This document shows positions 18,601 to 27,426 of a stretch of DNA of 64,000 nt, piece after piece (the stretch's first letter is position 1; each line of letters opens with the position of its first letter). The position numbers and the translations under genes are program-made. Origin of the DNA: a virus; IMG/VR virus record IMGVR_UViG_3300028844_006278; one strand, given 5' to 3'. The notes below the pieces were generated by a model. The model was given only the letters and a program-made list of their open reading frames with translations. It had not been told where the DNA came from and did no database searches.

Positions 18601-20095
18601 AGGGGTCTGTGTTCTTCTGGAATCCCGGCCATGTCAGGTTCTTTCTAGCGGCCTCTCGGATCCCTACCCACTTCTCCTTACCTGTACGGGCATCTATGAA
18701 TTTAGAGTACAGCTGACGGTCGGGGCCTCTACGTACGTTGCGCGACATCTTCATATCTACGCCGATCTTTAAGCTTTCCGGAGCACGAACTGGATCAATG
18801 TAATTCAGGTACGTGGGCTGTACGCCTCGGGCCTCTTTAGGGACAACATCTACGCTAGTCATCGCGCCCTCGCCTAGGCGTAAGATCCGCTGGTTCTGGT
18901 CGTACATGTCTAGCGGATTGATCTCTTCGATGGGCTGAGCCATCCCTGAGCTGACAAACAGATGCTGTACGTGTTTATCGAGAGGGGCGGTAGGTACTGC
19001 AGATATGTCTCCGTTCTTCTTTGAGACTTTCCATAGGATCTGTCGCAGCACTCCGTTCTGGTCGTTGGCTACCTTGTCACTAAGGAAGTCCGATATATCC
19101 CAGACGTCCTGGAACTCTAACGAATCCCTACTGTCGGAGTCTTCGTCTCCTTTGGCAACCCGCAGGATCTTCCCGGTAGCCGACATAATAGCCTCTGGAG
19201 AAGCGTTGGTGTGATCCTCTCCGAGAGTAACCCTAGTGACCCGGGGGTTGAGTCCGATTTTACCGAACTCTTCAGTAAGTCCTTCCCGGACCGTGTCGTT
19301 GTATAGGGAGGACACTGTCGACCCTGTCTTCTGCTGTAAGAGCTGTGCAACTACAGGCCCTGCCTTGGCGTCCAGTGCTATGGGCGCTGCCGGTGCATCT
19401 GGCTCTGGGGCAACTGCGAATCCTTTTAGGAAGTTGACTGCGTAGGGAGACTTCTCTAAGGTCCTGTTCTTCTCCGCGATGTCTTTTCCCCACTGCGCCT
19501 CGATATCTTCGTGCTGCTTACCCATGGCCCGGAGGATAGGATATAGCGGAAGCTTACGGTTCTTATACTTCATGTAGAAGAAAGACGTCGACGGCTCCAT
19601 GTATATACGGAAAGAGGGCCCGGACCGTGGAATAGCGTTGAACTGGGCCTCTATGTTCGAGTCATCCGTTACGCGCGTGTATATTCCTGAGTTGAGACGA
19701 AGCTGCTTCGCTACAGTGTATTCCGTGCCGTTACGTACGTACGTGCCTCTGTCTGTAAGGTACGGCACGTTTATGATAGTCTTCCGGCCAGTTCTGCCTA
19801 GCGACTTGCCTGTCTCCTTATCGATAACCTCCCACCGACCTGTCACCTTATCGCTAAGTGTCCGGCCCTCTAGGATCGCGTCCTTCTGCTGGGACAGCGA
19901 GTATCTACCTTTAGGCTTAGCGTACGCGACGTCTGTGGCCTTTAGCATGTATCTGTCGTTTTCGGAAAACGCTGATTGCTCTACTGAAGACAGGACCTTC
20001 TTTCGAAGATCGGTTCGTACTGAATCGTAGTCCGTATAATTTAGGAGACCGGTACCATCTGAGAAGTCCGGAGCAGGAGAAGGCATCTCAGGCAT
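15647..20095 (-). CDS. DNA-directed RNA polymerase, beta fused to beta' N-terminal half
   Basis: Beta motifs GTYVRNGTEY..KQLR, GDKLAMRHGGKGVIS, DVILSPLGVVSRTN, YKMQH..KSRS, QPAKGG. Then in the same ORF beta' motifs GGLFD, VPVLPPRFRP, DPNYLY, GFIQRRVLG..DMSG, LNRAPTLH and catalytic AMDYDGD. Confidence 0.95.
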   Translation of the reverse strand: MPEMPSPAPDFSDGTGLLNYTDYDSVRTDLRKKVLSSVEQSAFSENDRYMLKATDVAYAKPKGRYSLSQQKDAILEGRTLSDKVTGRWEVIDKETGKSLGRTGRKTIINVPYLTDRGTYVRNGTEYTVAKQLRLNSGIYTRVTDDSNIEAQFNAIPRSGPSFRIYMEPSTSFFYMKYKNRKLPLYPILRAMGKQHEDIEAQWGKDIAEKNRTLEKSPYAVNFLKGFAVAPEPDAPAAPIALDAKAGPVVAQLLQQKTGSTVSSLYNDTVREGLTEEFGKIGLNPRVTRVTLGEDHTNASPEAIMSATGKILRVAKGDEDSDSRDSLEFQDVWDISDFLSDKVANDQNGVLRQILWKVSKKNGDISAVPTAPLDKHVQHLFVSSGMAQPIEEINPLDMYDQNQRILRLGEGAMTSVDVVPKEARGVQPTYLNYIDPVRAPESLKIGVDMKMSRNVRRGPDRQLYSKFIDARTGKEKWVGIREAARKNLTWPGFQKNTDPYVIAMVPNKGMAWVKREDIDYVVPNNDDMFSDGANLVPLKSGDKGMRLLMGSKFGPQALPLVSREAPLVRTTDPGSGTSMERRIGGHLGAVRASRDATVKAVRKNRVDLTYADGSEGSVDLYENFPYARSTYIRNKALVKAGDKVKKGDMLAASNFTSDKGVAALGTNLRVAYWNYDGLVFEDAIVISETAAKKLTSEHMYHAKFKKEKDLSVSKDKFRANFPAAFNKEQLAKIDETTGMIKPGSVVRYGDPLALAMSEQDPHAGGSLGRRMRSNKAVLWEKRHPGVVTDATEGKEQYYINVRTNIPMGVGDKLAMRHGGKGVISKVIKDSEMPTDPKGRKMDVILSPLGVVSRTNPAQKLEAQLGKIAEKTGKPYVLPGFSDEDMIEFTHSELQKNRLSDREDLVDPRTGKKIPQIFTGVTYFYKMQHTSEGKGKSRSQAKYTAEDQPAKGGKTGAKHLGKMYQEALLAHGATEVLKDMKLIKGQKNDMFWRQLKLGQTPTMPKTPLVYEKFKDLLRAGGVHLSEGAFSDDIFSMTNQQAKDLTGNRKISTGDTYTAKGLKPIPGGLFDPDATGSSANGDRWAYIDLPTAMPNPIMVDPIRRILGLKRTEMEDLVASGEDALADKLGRIDVKAEKAKALHEIKHGIRSKRDDAVKKFRFLHAFETNKVKPSDFMMTRVPVLPPRFRPISAQGGMTMVADPNYLYKSLVESISDYNETEGLPADMRNDARRDLWDSYKALIGVSDPKKDQLVQKNVKGILSHIFGKGSPKTGFIQRRVLGTNIDMSGLGVVAPNPSLLLNQAGIPEKLAWNLYEPFVIRDLVRQGVPATEAATAVKDHSPLAYKSLQSVITKRPVILNRAPTLHKYSVMGFWPVLVKGSTVQVPPAIVGPFAMDYDGDTASFTVPVSDEAVSQVVDRMMPDRNLISARSGQASYKLSNEYLQGLYLATKAPADKTAAVFNTVADARKAYRSGKIAIDDPITILE

Positions 20096-20102
20096 GAGTT
20101 AT

Positions 20103-21188
20103 CTACGCTCCCATTAACTCTGAGTACAAATCCTGCGATGCGGTGTCGCCTAGTTCGGAGGGAATTAGAGACTGTCCTTTATCCGCGGCCGCGATGGCGG
20201 CCCGTCCTGTCGGTATTGCCGTATGTATGCTCTCCTTCTTTACTGCTCCTGCCTCGGATGAGGAGGGGACCTCGGGAAGATCTGACGCGTCCAGGATGAC
20301 GGGAGCGCCTGTCTGCTTCTGCCGAGAGCTCATGAGCTTTTTCAGATCCTTCATACGTCCTCGAGCGGGATCTTGCTTGTCGGAGTAGGTCTTCATAGCC
20401 TTATAAGAGAACGCAAATGCGAACGTAGCCCACAGCCACCAGAAATTAGCTACCGCTTGTGGGTACCGGGTCGGGGATGTTAGTGTATCGCCTATAGACG
20501 GGTTCTGTTTTTCTATATCCGCTGCGTGGATAGTGTCTGCTGCCTTCTTCTGGCTGCCCATTCCCTTTACGCGCTCGTACTCTTCGTGGATCATCTTATC
20601 GACTTTGTTTTTAGTACTGGCGATGCTTGTGTCTAGCTGCTCTCGACGCTGGGCGTCCTCAGCATAGTCCGCAAGGCGCCATCCGCCCGCAGTCGCTGCA
20701 AATACGGCAGCCGTGGCTAGGGCCAGATGAGCCGGATCGTGCTTACCGGAGGATATGTCGTCCAGGAATCGGCCTGTTGTACCTGCTACGCCTTGTAAGA
20801 GTCCACTAGCCTCCTTCTGCCCTTCGCCTAAGAGGCGGTCCTCTAAGGCCTCCTCCTCTTCCAGATCAGCAGCGTCGGGGTCGATAGTAAATGTTGGATA
20901 CTTGCCTGAAGAGTAGGCCTTAGCGTCTGCTCTCCTTCTCTGCAGCTCCTGGTTGATTCCGAGCTCTTCAGCCTCTTTTAGCTTGTGTAGCTTGCGAAGT
21001 ACGAACGCGAGTCCGCCGTAGCCTATGCCTAGGCCTCCTGCATGCAGGAGGGCCTTCTTTGTCGGACTCGCGTCCGGGGAGACTATAGTCCGATCGAAGG
21101 CGACGGGATTGAAAAAAGTATTGAGGACGCGGGCCATGTCGTCCTTGGCCGCCTTCTTTTGCGTATCGGTATTAGAGTCTGTAGGCAT
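20103..21188 (-). CDS. Hypothetical protein with three hydrophobic segments
   Basis: 361 aa; QKKAA, QKEAS and QKKAA each precede a module containing one hydrophobic helix. Confidence 0.6.
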   Translation of the reverse strand: MPTDSNTDTQKKAAKDDMARVLNTFFNPVAFDRTIVSPDASPTKKALLHAGGLGIGYGGLAFVLRKLHKLKEAEELGINQELQRRRADAKAYSSGKYPTFTIDPDAADLEEEEALEDRLLGEGQKEASGLLQGVAGTTGRFLDDISSGKHDPAHLALATAAVFAATAGGWRLADYAEDAQRREQLDTSIASTKNKVDKMIHEEYERVKGMGSQKKAADTIHAADIEKQNPSIGDTLTSPTRYPQAVANFWWLWATFAFAFSYKAMKTYSDKQDPARGRMKDLKKLMSSRQKQTGAPVILDASDLPEVPSSSEAGAVKKESIHTAIPTGRAAIAAADKGQSLIPSELGDTASQDLYSELMGA

Positions 21189-21257
21189 TCTATGGGCTCT
21201 CGGTATCGTATATGAATGTTGAAAGGAGTTCGGGGCTGCACTGCCCTATGTCTAACA

Positions 21258-21273
21258 TAGAACACGTATGCTA
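21258..21273 (-). promoter_or_regulatory. Repeated intergenic motif copy (TAGCATACGTGTTCTA)
   Basis: Intergenic, about 70 nt upstream of the start at 21188; 14/16 identical to the 1889 copy. Confidence 0.5.
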
Positions 21274-21292
21274 AATTGTAACCGATGTATGT

Positions 21293-21853
21293 CTACGTCG
21301 TATCGGGGCTATCGTCGTCCGGAATCTGCTGGAGGGCCTGCATCAGACCGTCCATAGCGTCCTGGGCTGTATGGTATCGGCTACCGCTATCGTCCAGCTC
21401 CGGGGGAGAGAATTTATCCGAGGGGGTCCGGGTATCTGTCTCGGGCATTACTTTCTTCTTAGGCTCTTTTGCGGTACCGGCCGTGGCGTTCTCTACTGCC
21501 TTAGGCGGGGCGAAGTAGTGCTCCATCCATCGCATAAGTACGCGCCAGCTTTTGATGTCGTTGTCGTACACCTTCTCCTCGAACGAGATGGTGGCCAGGC
21601 TGTCGCAGACTTTCTGTCCTACAGCCCGGTACTGCTTCATGTCTTCCTCATTACTGAGGTCGAACTGTGCGCAGCAGGCGTTGCTCTTTAGCTGAGGCTT
21701 TAGATCGTCAGCATCGTCTTCCTTAAATGGGTGCGGTTGACCTATGTATGGCAGCCCGCCGTACTCGTATCCCTTTCCATAGTCCCGCAAAGCCCCGTAG
21801 GACTTTAGTGGGGACATAGCGCTGAAGGGATTAAATGCGGAGCGCTCGTGCAT
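21293..21853 (-). CDS. Hypothetical protein
   Basis: 186 aa ORF in tightly packed operon. Confidence 0.6.
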   Translation of the reverse strand: MHERSAFNPFSAMSPLKSYGALRDYGKGYEYGGLPYIGQPHPFKEDDADDLKPQLKSNACCAQFDLSNEEDMKQYRAVGQKVCDSLATISFEEKVYDNDIKSWRVLMRWMEHYFAPPKAVENATAGTAKEPKKKVMPETDTRTPSDKFSPPELDDSGSRYHTAQDAMDGLMQALQQIPDDDSPDTT

Positions 21854-22196
21854 TGCTGCCTCCTTTCTTGGTCTCTTCGTCTATCTCTGCCTGTACCTTA
21901 CGGCGAGCCACGTCCGTCTCCAGCTTACGGAGATCGGAAAGCTCGATGGCTTTCTGGACTGTCTTGAAGTCCAGCTTTGACGGGGAGGTTATTCTAGAAT
22001 GTATGTGGCCTCCGAAGCCGCCTGCAATTGCCGGGAGGACCAGCATATAGGGTAGGAGCTCTCCGGCAGAGGTTATCCCGAGTTCCAGTGCGTTGCCTAC
22101 GACGTCTGCGAGTCCTGCTTTCTTCTCTATAGGGCTAGTCTGCGGCTCTATGTTGGCGTAGCCTCCGGAGAAGCCTAAGTATGTATCTGCGTTCAT
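21831..22196 (-). CDS. Hypothetical protein with hydrophobic segment
   Basis: Leader YLGFSGGYA...EKKAG, then LLPYMLVLPAIAGGFGG. Confidence 0.6.
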   Translation of the reverse strand: MNADTYLGFSGGYANIEPQTSPIEKKAGLADVVGNALELGITSAGELLPYMLVLPAIAGGFGGHIHSRITSPSKLDFKTVQKAIELSDLRKLETDVARRKVQAEIDEETKKGGSNARALRI

Positions 22197-22627
22197 TATT
22201 CCCCAAACTCCGTAAATATTCCTGTACTGATAAGTGCGCCGGCTATCGCTCCTGCTGCGCTTAAGCGCTTAGAAACTATAGTCGGTAATGAAAATAGTGA
22301 GGATGCGGCACGGCCGAAAAGATACCCTGCTCCTCCGCCAGCGCCAGCTGTGACCGCGCTTTGCATTAAGGATCCCCCGCTTGTAAAGCCGAACTTCTTC
22401 TTCTCAGCTTTCTCGAATATCGCAGAAGCTATATCCTTCTGGGTGATGGATAGGTATGGATCTCCTTTGATGATCTGTAGGCTCTCTGAGATCGGAACGC
22501 TCTTAGATTTAAGAGATATGTCCTCGTTCATCATGTACGAGGCATCCTTCTCCAGCAAGTGCATCCACGCCAGATCCCCGGCAGATGCGTATCCCTTCTT
22601 ATATCCCGCAGACTTGCTCATCGTCAT
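22196..22627 (-). CDS. Hypothetical glycine-zipper protein
   Basis: MSKSAGYKKGYA..EKDAS leader; AGAGGGAGYLFG and AAGAIAGALI. Confidence 0.6.
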   Translation of the reverse strand: MTMSKSAGYKKGYASAGDLAWMHLLEKDASYMMNEDISLKSKSVPISESLQIIKGDPYLSITQKDIASAIFEKAEKKKFGFTSGGSLMQSAVTAGAGGGAGYLFGRAASSLFSLPTIVSKRLSAAGAIAGALISTGIFTEFGE

Positions 22628-23118
22628 CGCCTCATATCTTGGTAGGTTCGGCTGACGTCGTAAGCGACAGGAGCGTTTGCTGCTGTTCGTTTGTGGGCGT
22701 TCCGCTTCCTATCAAAGACTTCTTTGTACTTCGTCTTATAGGACGGGTCTACCAAGCTCTGCAGGGCTCGACCTGTGCCGGCGGATGTATCGATGTGTTT
22801 GAGTATCGGATACGCCGCTCCTGCTGCACCGCCGAGAGTAGCGGATATGCGGCTAATCGTCTGCACTGTGCCGTCTTCTTCTAGCTTACGTAGGGCTTCG
22901 GCCCTCTTATCCGGAGGTACTCGGATGAGTAGCGTTTTAACTAGTCCGTCCGTAAGCTTCTTTGCAGCGAAGTGTCCGCCAACTGCTCCGAGCGATCCCA
23001 GGATGGCCGATTCTGCCCAAGGTGCCTTGTCCGTAAAAGACTTATATCCTCGCATCGCGCCCTGGGCTGCCGATGACGCTGTGTCTATCCAGTTGGTTTT
23101 TGCAGGTGTTGTACTCAT
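22624..23118 (-). CDS. Hypothetical glycine-zipper protein
   Basis: ILGSLGAVGG and LGGAAGAA; ATGA overlap with the next gene. Confidence 0.6.
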   Translation of the reverse strand: MSTTPAKTNWIDTASSAAQGAMRGYKSFTDKAPWAESAILGSLGAVGGHFAAKKLTDGLVKTLLIRVPPDKRAEALRKLEEDGTVQTISRISATLGGAAGAAYPILKHIDTSAGTGRALQSLVDPSYKTKYKEVFDRKRNAHKRTAANAPVAYDVSRTYQDMRR

Positions 23119-23141
23119 AGTGATTCTCTCCTACAAAGTAG

Positions 23142-24041
23142 TTACGTAAGTCTAGTCGGATTCAGATTCTGCCCCAGCTGTCGGTACATGGACTCCGATA
23201 GGTAGCTGGAAGGCTGTCTAGGCGTCACCGCTTTAGGCGCCTGCTGAGGTGCTGCAGATTTAGTCTTAGACATCAGCAGCATCGCCAATGGAGTCAGTGC
23301 CGCGGCACCTGCTACCCATGGAGCGGCCTTCTGCACAGTTCCCGATACTTTAGATCGGACGTGCTGTAGGAGCTCCTTCTTCGCCCCCTCTCGGTAAGGA
23401 GAATGTTTGACATAGGTAGCAAGATGGTGCATCTTGTCGTAGTCTTTCGCCTTCCGCGCGTCGGCGAAAGCTGTCCTAAAGGCTGTCTCCTTAGCACCCT
23501 CCCCTATGGGCAGCCTATTGCCCAAGTACGCGGCTAATTGGCCAACCTCGTCTTGCTTGGCATGCGGGTATCTAGGTTGGATGTAGTTTTTGAATACGTG
23601 CTTGGCGTCCGCAGCATTGGGATTATATCTAATGTATTTTCCTCCTCCTGCCTCGCTATTATAGATTCTAGCCGGAGGAACGGCGTATCTGCCTCCACTA
23701 TTACCTACGGGCCCGTACGGGGAATACCTGTAGGTCGGAGTAGTGGCAGGGCGATCCTTTACCGTAGGGGCCGTAGCGTATTCCAACATAGATGAAATAG
23801 ATGGCCGGCCTTTTTCTTGGAGGAGGCCCGGGGGTGGTCCCGTGGGGCTCTGAAAGATAGGAGCCATTGCCTTGACCTCCGGAGAGAACTTGGGGGCGAA
23901 CTTCTCTATGTTCTCGTCCGTTAGCACCTCATTGTTGAACCCGCTTACTATACTCCCCATTATACCTTCCCCCGCTTCCTTAGAAAAAGAAGCAGAGTAT
24001 CCGGCTCTAACAGCTATATTGTAGTTGTGTCTATCTGTCAC
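23142..24041 (-). CDS. Hypothetical protein
   Basis: Leader AVRAGYSASFSKEAG; C-terminal hydrophobic WVAGAAALTPLAMLL. Confidence 0.55.
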   Translation of the reverse strand: MTDRHNYNIAVRAGYSASFSKEAGEGIMGSIVSGFNNEVLTDENIEKFAPKFSPEVKAMAPIFQSPTGPPPGLLQEKGRPSISSMLEYATAPTVKDRPATTPTYRYSPYGPVGNSGGRYAVPPARIYNSEAGGGKYIRYNPNAADAKHVFKNYIQPRYPHAKQDEVGQLAAYLGNRLPIGEGAKETAFRTAFADARKAKDYDKMHHLATYVKHSPYREGAKKELLQHVRSKVSGTVQKAAPWVAGAAALTPLAMLLMSKTKSAAPQQAPKAVTPRQPSSYLSESMYRQLGQNLNPTRLT

Positions 24042-24079
24042 GAATATCCTATCTGGGTTAGGGGAGAGTAATTTTTTTT

Positions 24080-25561
24080 TTACTCCCCTACAATGCTTGA
24101 GAGGAAGCCCTTGGCCATGTTACTGAGTTGTCTAGATTTGCTGTCTTGCTGTTTCTGTATCTCTTCCATTTTTTTGCGGCGGGCGGTGTTTAGCTCGTTT
24201 TTTGGCGCGTTCGCGTTGTACTCCTCTTTATCCTTAGCTGTAGGAGTTGGGTGCATTACTTTAGGCGAGGGAGGGGCGTTATACTCCTGTTTGGCCTGAC
24301 TGACCATAGCTCTGGCCGCCGCGACTGGGTTGTAACTACTGGCGTTGTACCCGGCGTCTAGTATCCTGTATAGTGCGGAGGACTGGTTAGGAGCCGGAGT
24401 AGGAGCCGGAGTAGTAGCGGGAGGCGCTGCCGGATGCGGCGGTGCTGGAGCCGGAGGGGCTGGCGCGGGAGTGGTAGCTGGAGGGGCTGGAGCCGGAGGG
24501 GCTGGCGCGGGAGTGGTAGCTGGAGGGGCTGGTGCAGGAGCTGGCTCTGGTGCGGGGGGAGGCGTTGGAGCCGGGGGCTCTGGTGCAGGAGGAGCAGCGG
24601 GAGCAGCAGCAGCGGGAGCAGCAGCAGGAGTATGAACAGGGACCATGTTTTTGTACCTGTTCTCTAAGTCCGTTAGCCTATCCTGGGCTTTAGCAATCTG
24701 CGCACCGTAGTCCGTGCCGGATGATTCGAGCAGTCCGGCGGGCAGGGCTGTTCCGGCTTCTCTGAGACTATCTAGTGATTTTAGGTGACCGATATTCGCC
24801 TGTTCTTTTGCTACAGCTGCACGGTTACGGGCGATATTATCTACATTCGCGGTGCTTAGCCCGGGGGCAGTTATATTGAGGAGTTCTTTCTGCTCCGCCA
24901 AGGTTCTTTTGAATACATCCTTAGTGTAGGCGGTATGCGCAGCCGGTAACTGATTCTTCATAAGATCAGTCTTCTGCTCACTGGACAAGGCGGATTGATT
25001 ATTAGCTAGCTCTAGGGCTGTACTGTACACGGCGGCCGGGGCTGTACTGATTGCCGCTATAGCCTCCGCATTCTTGTCCGGATCCTTCGCGAGAGCTTCT
25101 CGTACCTTGTCTAGATTGCGAGTAGCGATCGAGTCCTGTACGAACTTAACAGCTTCCGTTTTACCTACGCCGAAGAAGTCCATAACCGCGAAGGCAAGTG
25201 TACCGATAAGTGTGCCGGCCAGTGCGCCTTTACCGCCTCCTAAGAGACCTCCGATGACTCCTCCGACGCCGGCTCCGCCCAGGGCCCATCCTATCTTCTG
25301 CGCAGTCTTATCTGACGATACCTGATACATGGTGTCGGACATGATAAGCGAGCTCGCCCATTGCCGAATCTGAGACAGCTTTTCCGGAGTATTATAGCCT
25401 GCTTTGTATGCCGCTCGGGTGAATTCGTCTCCCTCGACTTGAGGCACCATGTCTGCAGGTACCGGTGCTGGAGGCGGCGGGACCGCCCCTGTATTTGCCC
25501 ATTTCTGGAAGAATTCCTCGGCCTCCTCGGCCGATAGTCTAGTATGAGGTAATTTGATCAT
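24080..25561 (-). CDS. Glycine-zipper protein with Pro/Ala/Thr-rich stalk
   Basis: WALGGAGVGGVIGGLLGGGKGALAGTLIG after DKTA; PAPPATTPAP repeats at about 24390-24630. Confidence 0.65.
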   Translation of the reverse strand: MIKLPHTRLSAEEAEEFFQKWANTGAVPPPPAPVPADMVPQVEGDEFTRAAYKAGYNTPEKLSQIRQWASSLIMSDTMYQVSSDKTAQKIGWALGGAGVGGVIGGLLGGGKGALAGTLIGTLAFAVMDFFGVGKTEAVKFVQDSIATRNLDKVREALAKDPDKNAEAIAAISTAPAAVYSTALELANNQSALSSEQKTDLMKNQLPAAHTAYTKDVFKRTLAEQKELLNITAPGLSTANVDNIARNRAAVAKEQANIGHLKSLDSLREAGTALPAGLLESSGTDYGAQIAKAQDRLTDLENRYKNMVPVHTPAAAPAAAAPAAPPAPEPPAPTPPPAPEPAPAPAPPATTPAPAPPAPAPPATTPAPAPPAPAPPHPAAPPATTPAPTPAPNQSSALYRILDAGYNASSYNPVAAARAMVSQAKQEYNAPPSPKVMHPTPTAKDKEEYNANAPKNELNTARRKKMEEIQKQQDSKSRQLSNMAKGFLSSIVGE

Positions 25562-27426
25562 TGTACAGGTACCTGTCCTTGTCGCGCGAGCTGCACACCT
25601 TGTGTAGCCGCTTGGTTTTCGAGTTCGCTGAGTCTAGCTTTGACTTGGGCATACAGTGCCTCGTCCTGGTGCTTAAGGTCGGATAGCGTCCTACGTCGTG
25701 TAAGCGGGTCCGCTACGATAAGCTCTTGGGCGATCTGGTCTGCGTTGGTCAATAGGTCGTCGATGGTTGCTCCAACCCCTGTAGCCCCTCCCGTTCCTGC
25801 GGAGGGAGGCATAGCGGCAGGAGGAGCTGCTGCTCCTGCGGGAGCACCGGCCTGCTGCTCTTGGGCAGCCATAGCGGCCTGCTCTTCCTGCATAAGGACC
25901 TGCTGTCCTGGGCCGGGCACGGTGACTGCTTGTACATTGGCCATCTGGTTGTCCATCTGGCGCTGGCGCTCTTCCATCTCTTCGGCAGCCGCTTCTTCCT
26001 GATCGAGCAGCTTCTTACGCTCTTGGTCGTAGTCTATGCCGATTGTCTGTAGAGCGGTGTCTTCAGATATCTTACCCGCGGCGGCGAGCTGCATCTTGAG
26101 ACTGCGGATCTCCGGATCCTCGTATAGGGATACTGGTTTGACGAATGCGCGGACAGTTTCCCAGCTTAGTAGATCGCCCTGCTTATTCACTACCCACGTT
26201 GCCCACTTGTTGAGCTGGTTAGCGAAATGCTGCCACGTCCGTTCGAACATCTTAAAGCCGATAAGAGGTCCTGCAGCTGCTTGGAATCCTGTAATGGATG
26301 ACTTGTAGAACTCAGGAGGAATACCCATAGAGTGTAGGAGCCGCATCTCGAAGTGCTCCATGATGTCTACAGGTATAAGGCTCTTTGCCTCGCCTCCCAG
26401 TGTCTGGTACTCCAAAGGATAGGGGAGGAAGTTCCAGTCCGTAGGATTTCTACGGTGGCGCTGGATCATACCCATTACAGATCCGACAAAGTCCTTCATA
26501 TTCATGTTGAGCATAGGATCCTTAGATCCGCCTGCGCTCGGAGGAGAGAACACGCGAAACGGCATAAGGTACTCTACCAGGATAGTCTCCACGTACTTAT
26601 CCAACATCGTCACTAAGACGGCCGTTTCAAAGTCCGCCATGAATGGGGGAAGTCCCCATCCCTTAAGATTAGGGATAGAGCAGGCAGCTACTGGGAAGGA
26701 CATGTGATATAGCTCGTCGTTCGCAAACTCGAACTCGCTTCCTTTACAGATAGCCTCTACGACCTCCCAAGGAGTGTCTTCAAGAAAGATGAGGTCTCCT
26801 CTAAGAACAGGGGCGGACAAAGAATCGTACTGTTTTAGGTCTATGCTGTACTTGGTGCGGCCTGACATCGGATGCTGATGGATGCGCATAAACTGCGGCG
26901 GCCAGCGGGTGATGACAGGCTTAGACTTCTCTTTAGGAAGCAGTGTATCTTCGTGCGGTAGCTGGCCCTTATAGGAGCAGGATGCGCACTCTCCGATGAA
27001 GCGGCAGTTCTCGAACTTAATCTTGTTTTTGAAATGCTTTAGAGGCGCACGCAGGCTACATCGGGGGCAGATAAGCTGGCGAAGGAACGGGCGGTGGATC
27101 GACGTGAATGAGTTCCCGAATGCCATGAAGTCGTCGCCTATTACAGCCAGCTCTTCGATCATGTCGAAGTTTTCGGCAATCGCATCGAGGTAGACCTTAC
27201 GGCTACGGAAGTCCAGATCGTCTCCCTCTACATCCAGCTCGGTCATAAAATACCGAACAGCCGAGGAGATAGACTGGGAGTACATGCCGTGATGCATCCA
27301 CAGTTCCTCTGCCCATGCAAAGGTCTCTCGGATAGTCTTAGGATAGACTCGCCGGGTCAGCTTATTAAAGGGGGACGTTACATCCTTGTCCCATCGAAGG
27401 CCGGCGTCTTGTATACCTGAAGACAT
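25558..27426 (-). CDS. Portal protein (putative) with Zn-ribbon insertion
   Basis: 622 aa; DFMAFGNSF, ELYHM..WGLPP, MPFRVF, LEYQTLGGE, LHSMGIPPEF are portal-like; CPRC...CASC insertion; acidic Gln-rich tail. Confidence 0.7.
   Translation of the reverse strand: MSSGIQDAGLRWDKDVTSPFNKLTRRVYPKTIRETFAWAEELWMHHGMYSQSISSAVRYFMTELDVEGDDLDFRSRKVYLDAIAENFDMIEELAVIGDDFMAFGNSFTSIHRPFLRQLICPRCSLRAPLKHFKNKIKFENCRFIGECASCSYKGQLPHEDTLLPKEKSKPVITRWPPQFMRIHQHPMSGRTKYSIDLKQYDSLSAPVLRGDLIFLEDTPWEVVEAICKGSEFEFANDELYHMSFPVAACSIPNLKGWGLPPFMADFETAVLVTMLDKYVETILVEYLMPFRVFSPPSAGGSKDPMLNMNMKDFVGSVMGMIQRHRRNPTDWNFLPYPLEYQTLGGEAKSLIPVDIMEHFEMRLLHSMGIPPEFYKSSITGFQAAAGPLIGFKMFERTWQHFANQLNKWATWVVNKQGDLLSWETVRAFVKPVSLYEDPEIRSLKMQLAAAGKISEDTALQTIGIDYDQERKKLLDQEEAAAEEMEERQRQMDNQMANVQAVTVPGPGQQVLMQEEQAAMAAQEQQAGAPAGAAAPPAAMPPSAGTGGATGVGATIDDLLTNADQIAQELIVADPLTRRRTLSDLKHQDEALYAQVKARLSELENQAATQGVQLARQGQVPVQ

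Noticed and set aside
10196-20095. Cellular rpoBC locus (bacterial chromosome or contamination)
   Set aside because: Highly divergent and rearranged, no ribosomal-protein neighbours, and flanked by capsid, protease and portal genes.
24059-24090. Inverted repeat around an A/T run as a terminator
   Set aside because: The run lies inside the hairpin rather than after it, so no terminator call was made.
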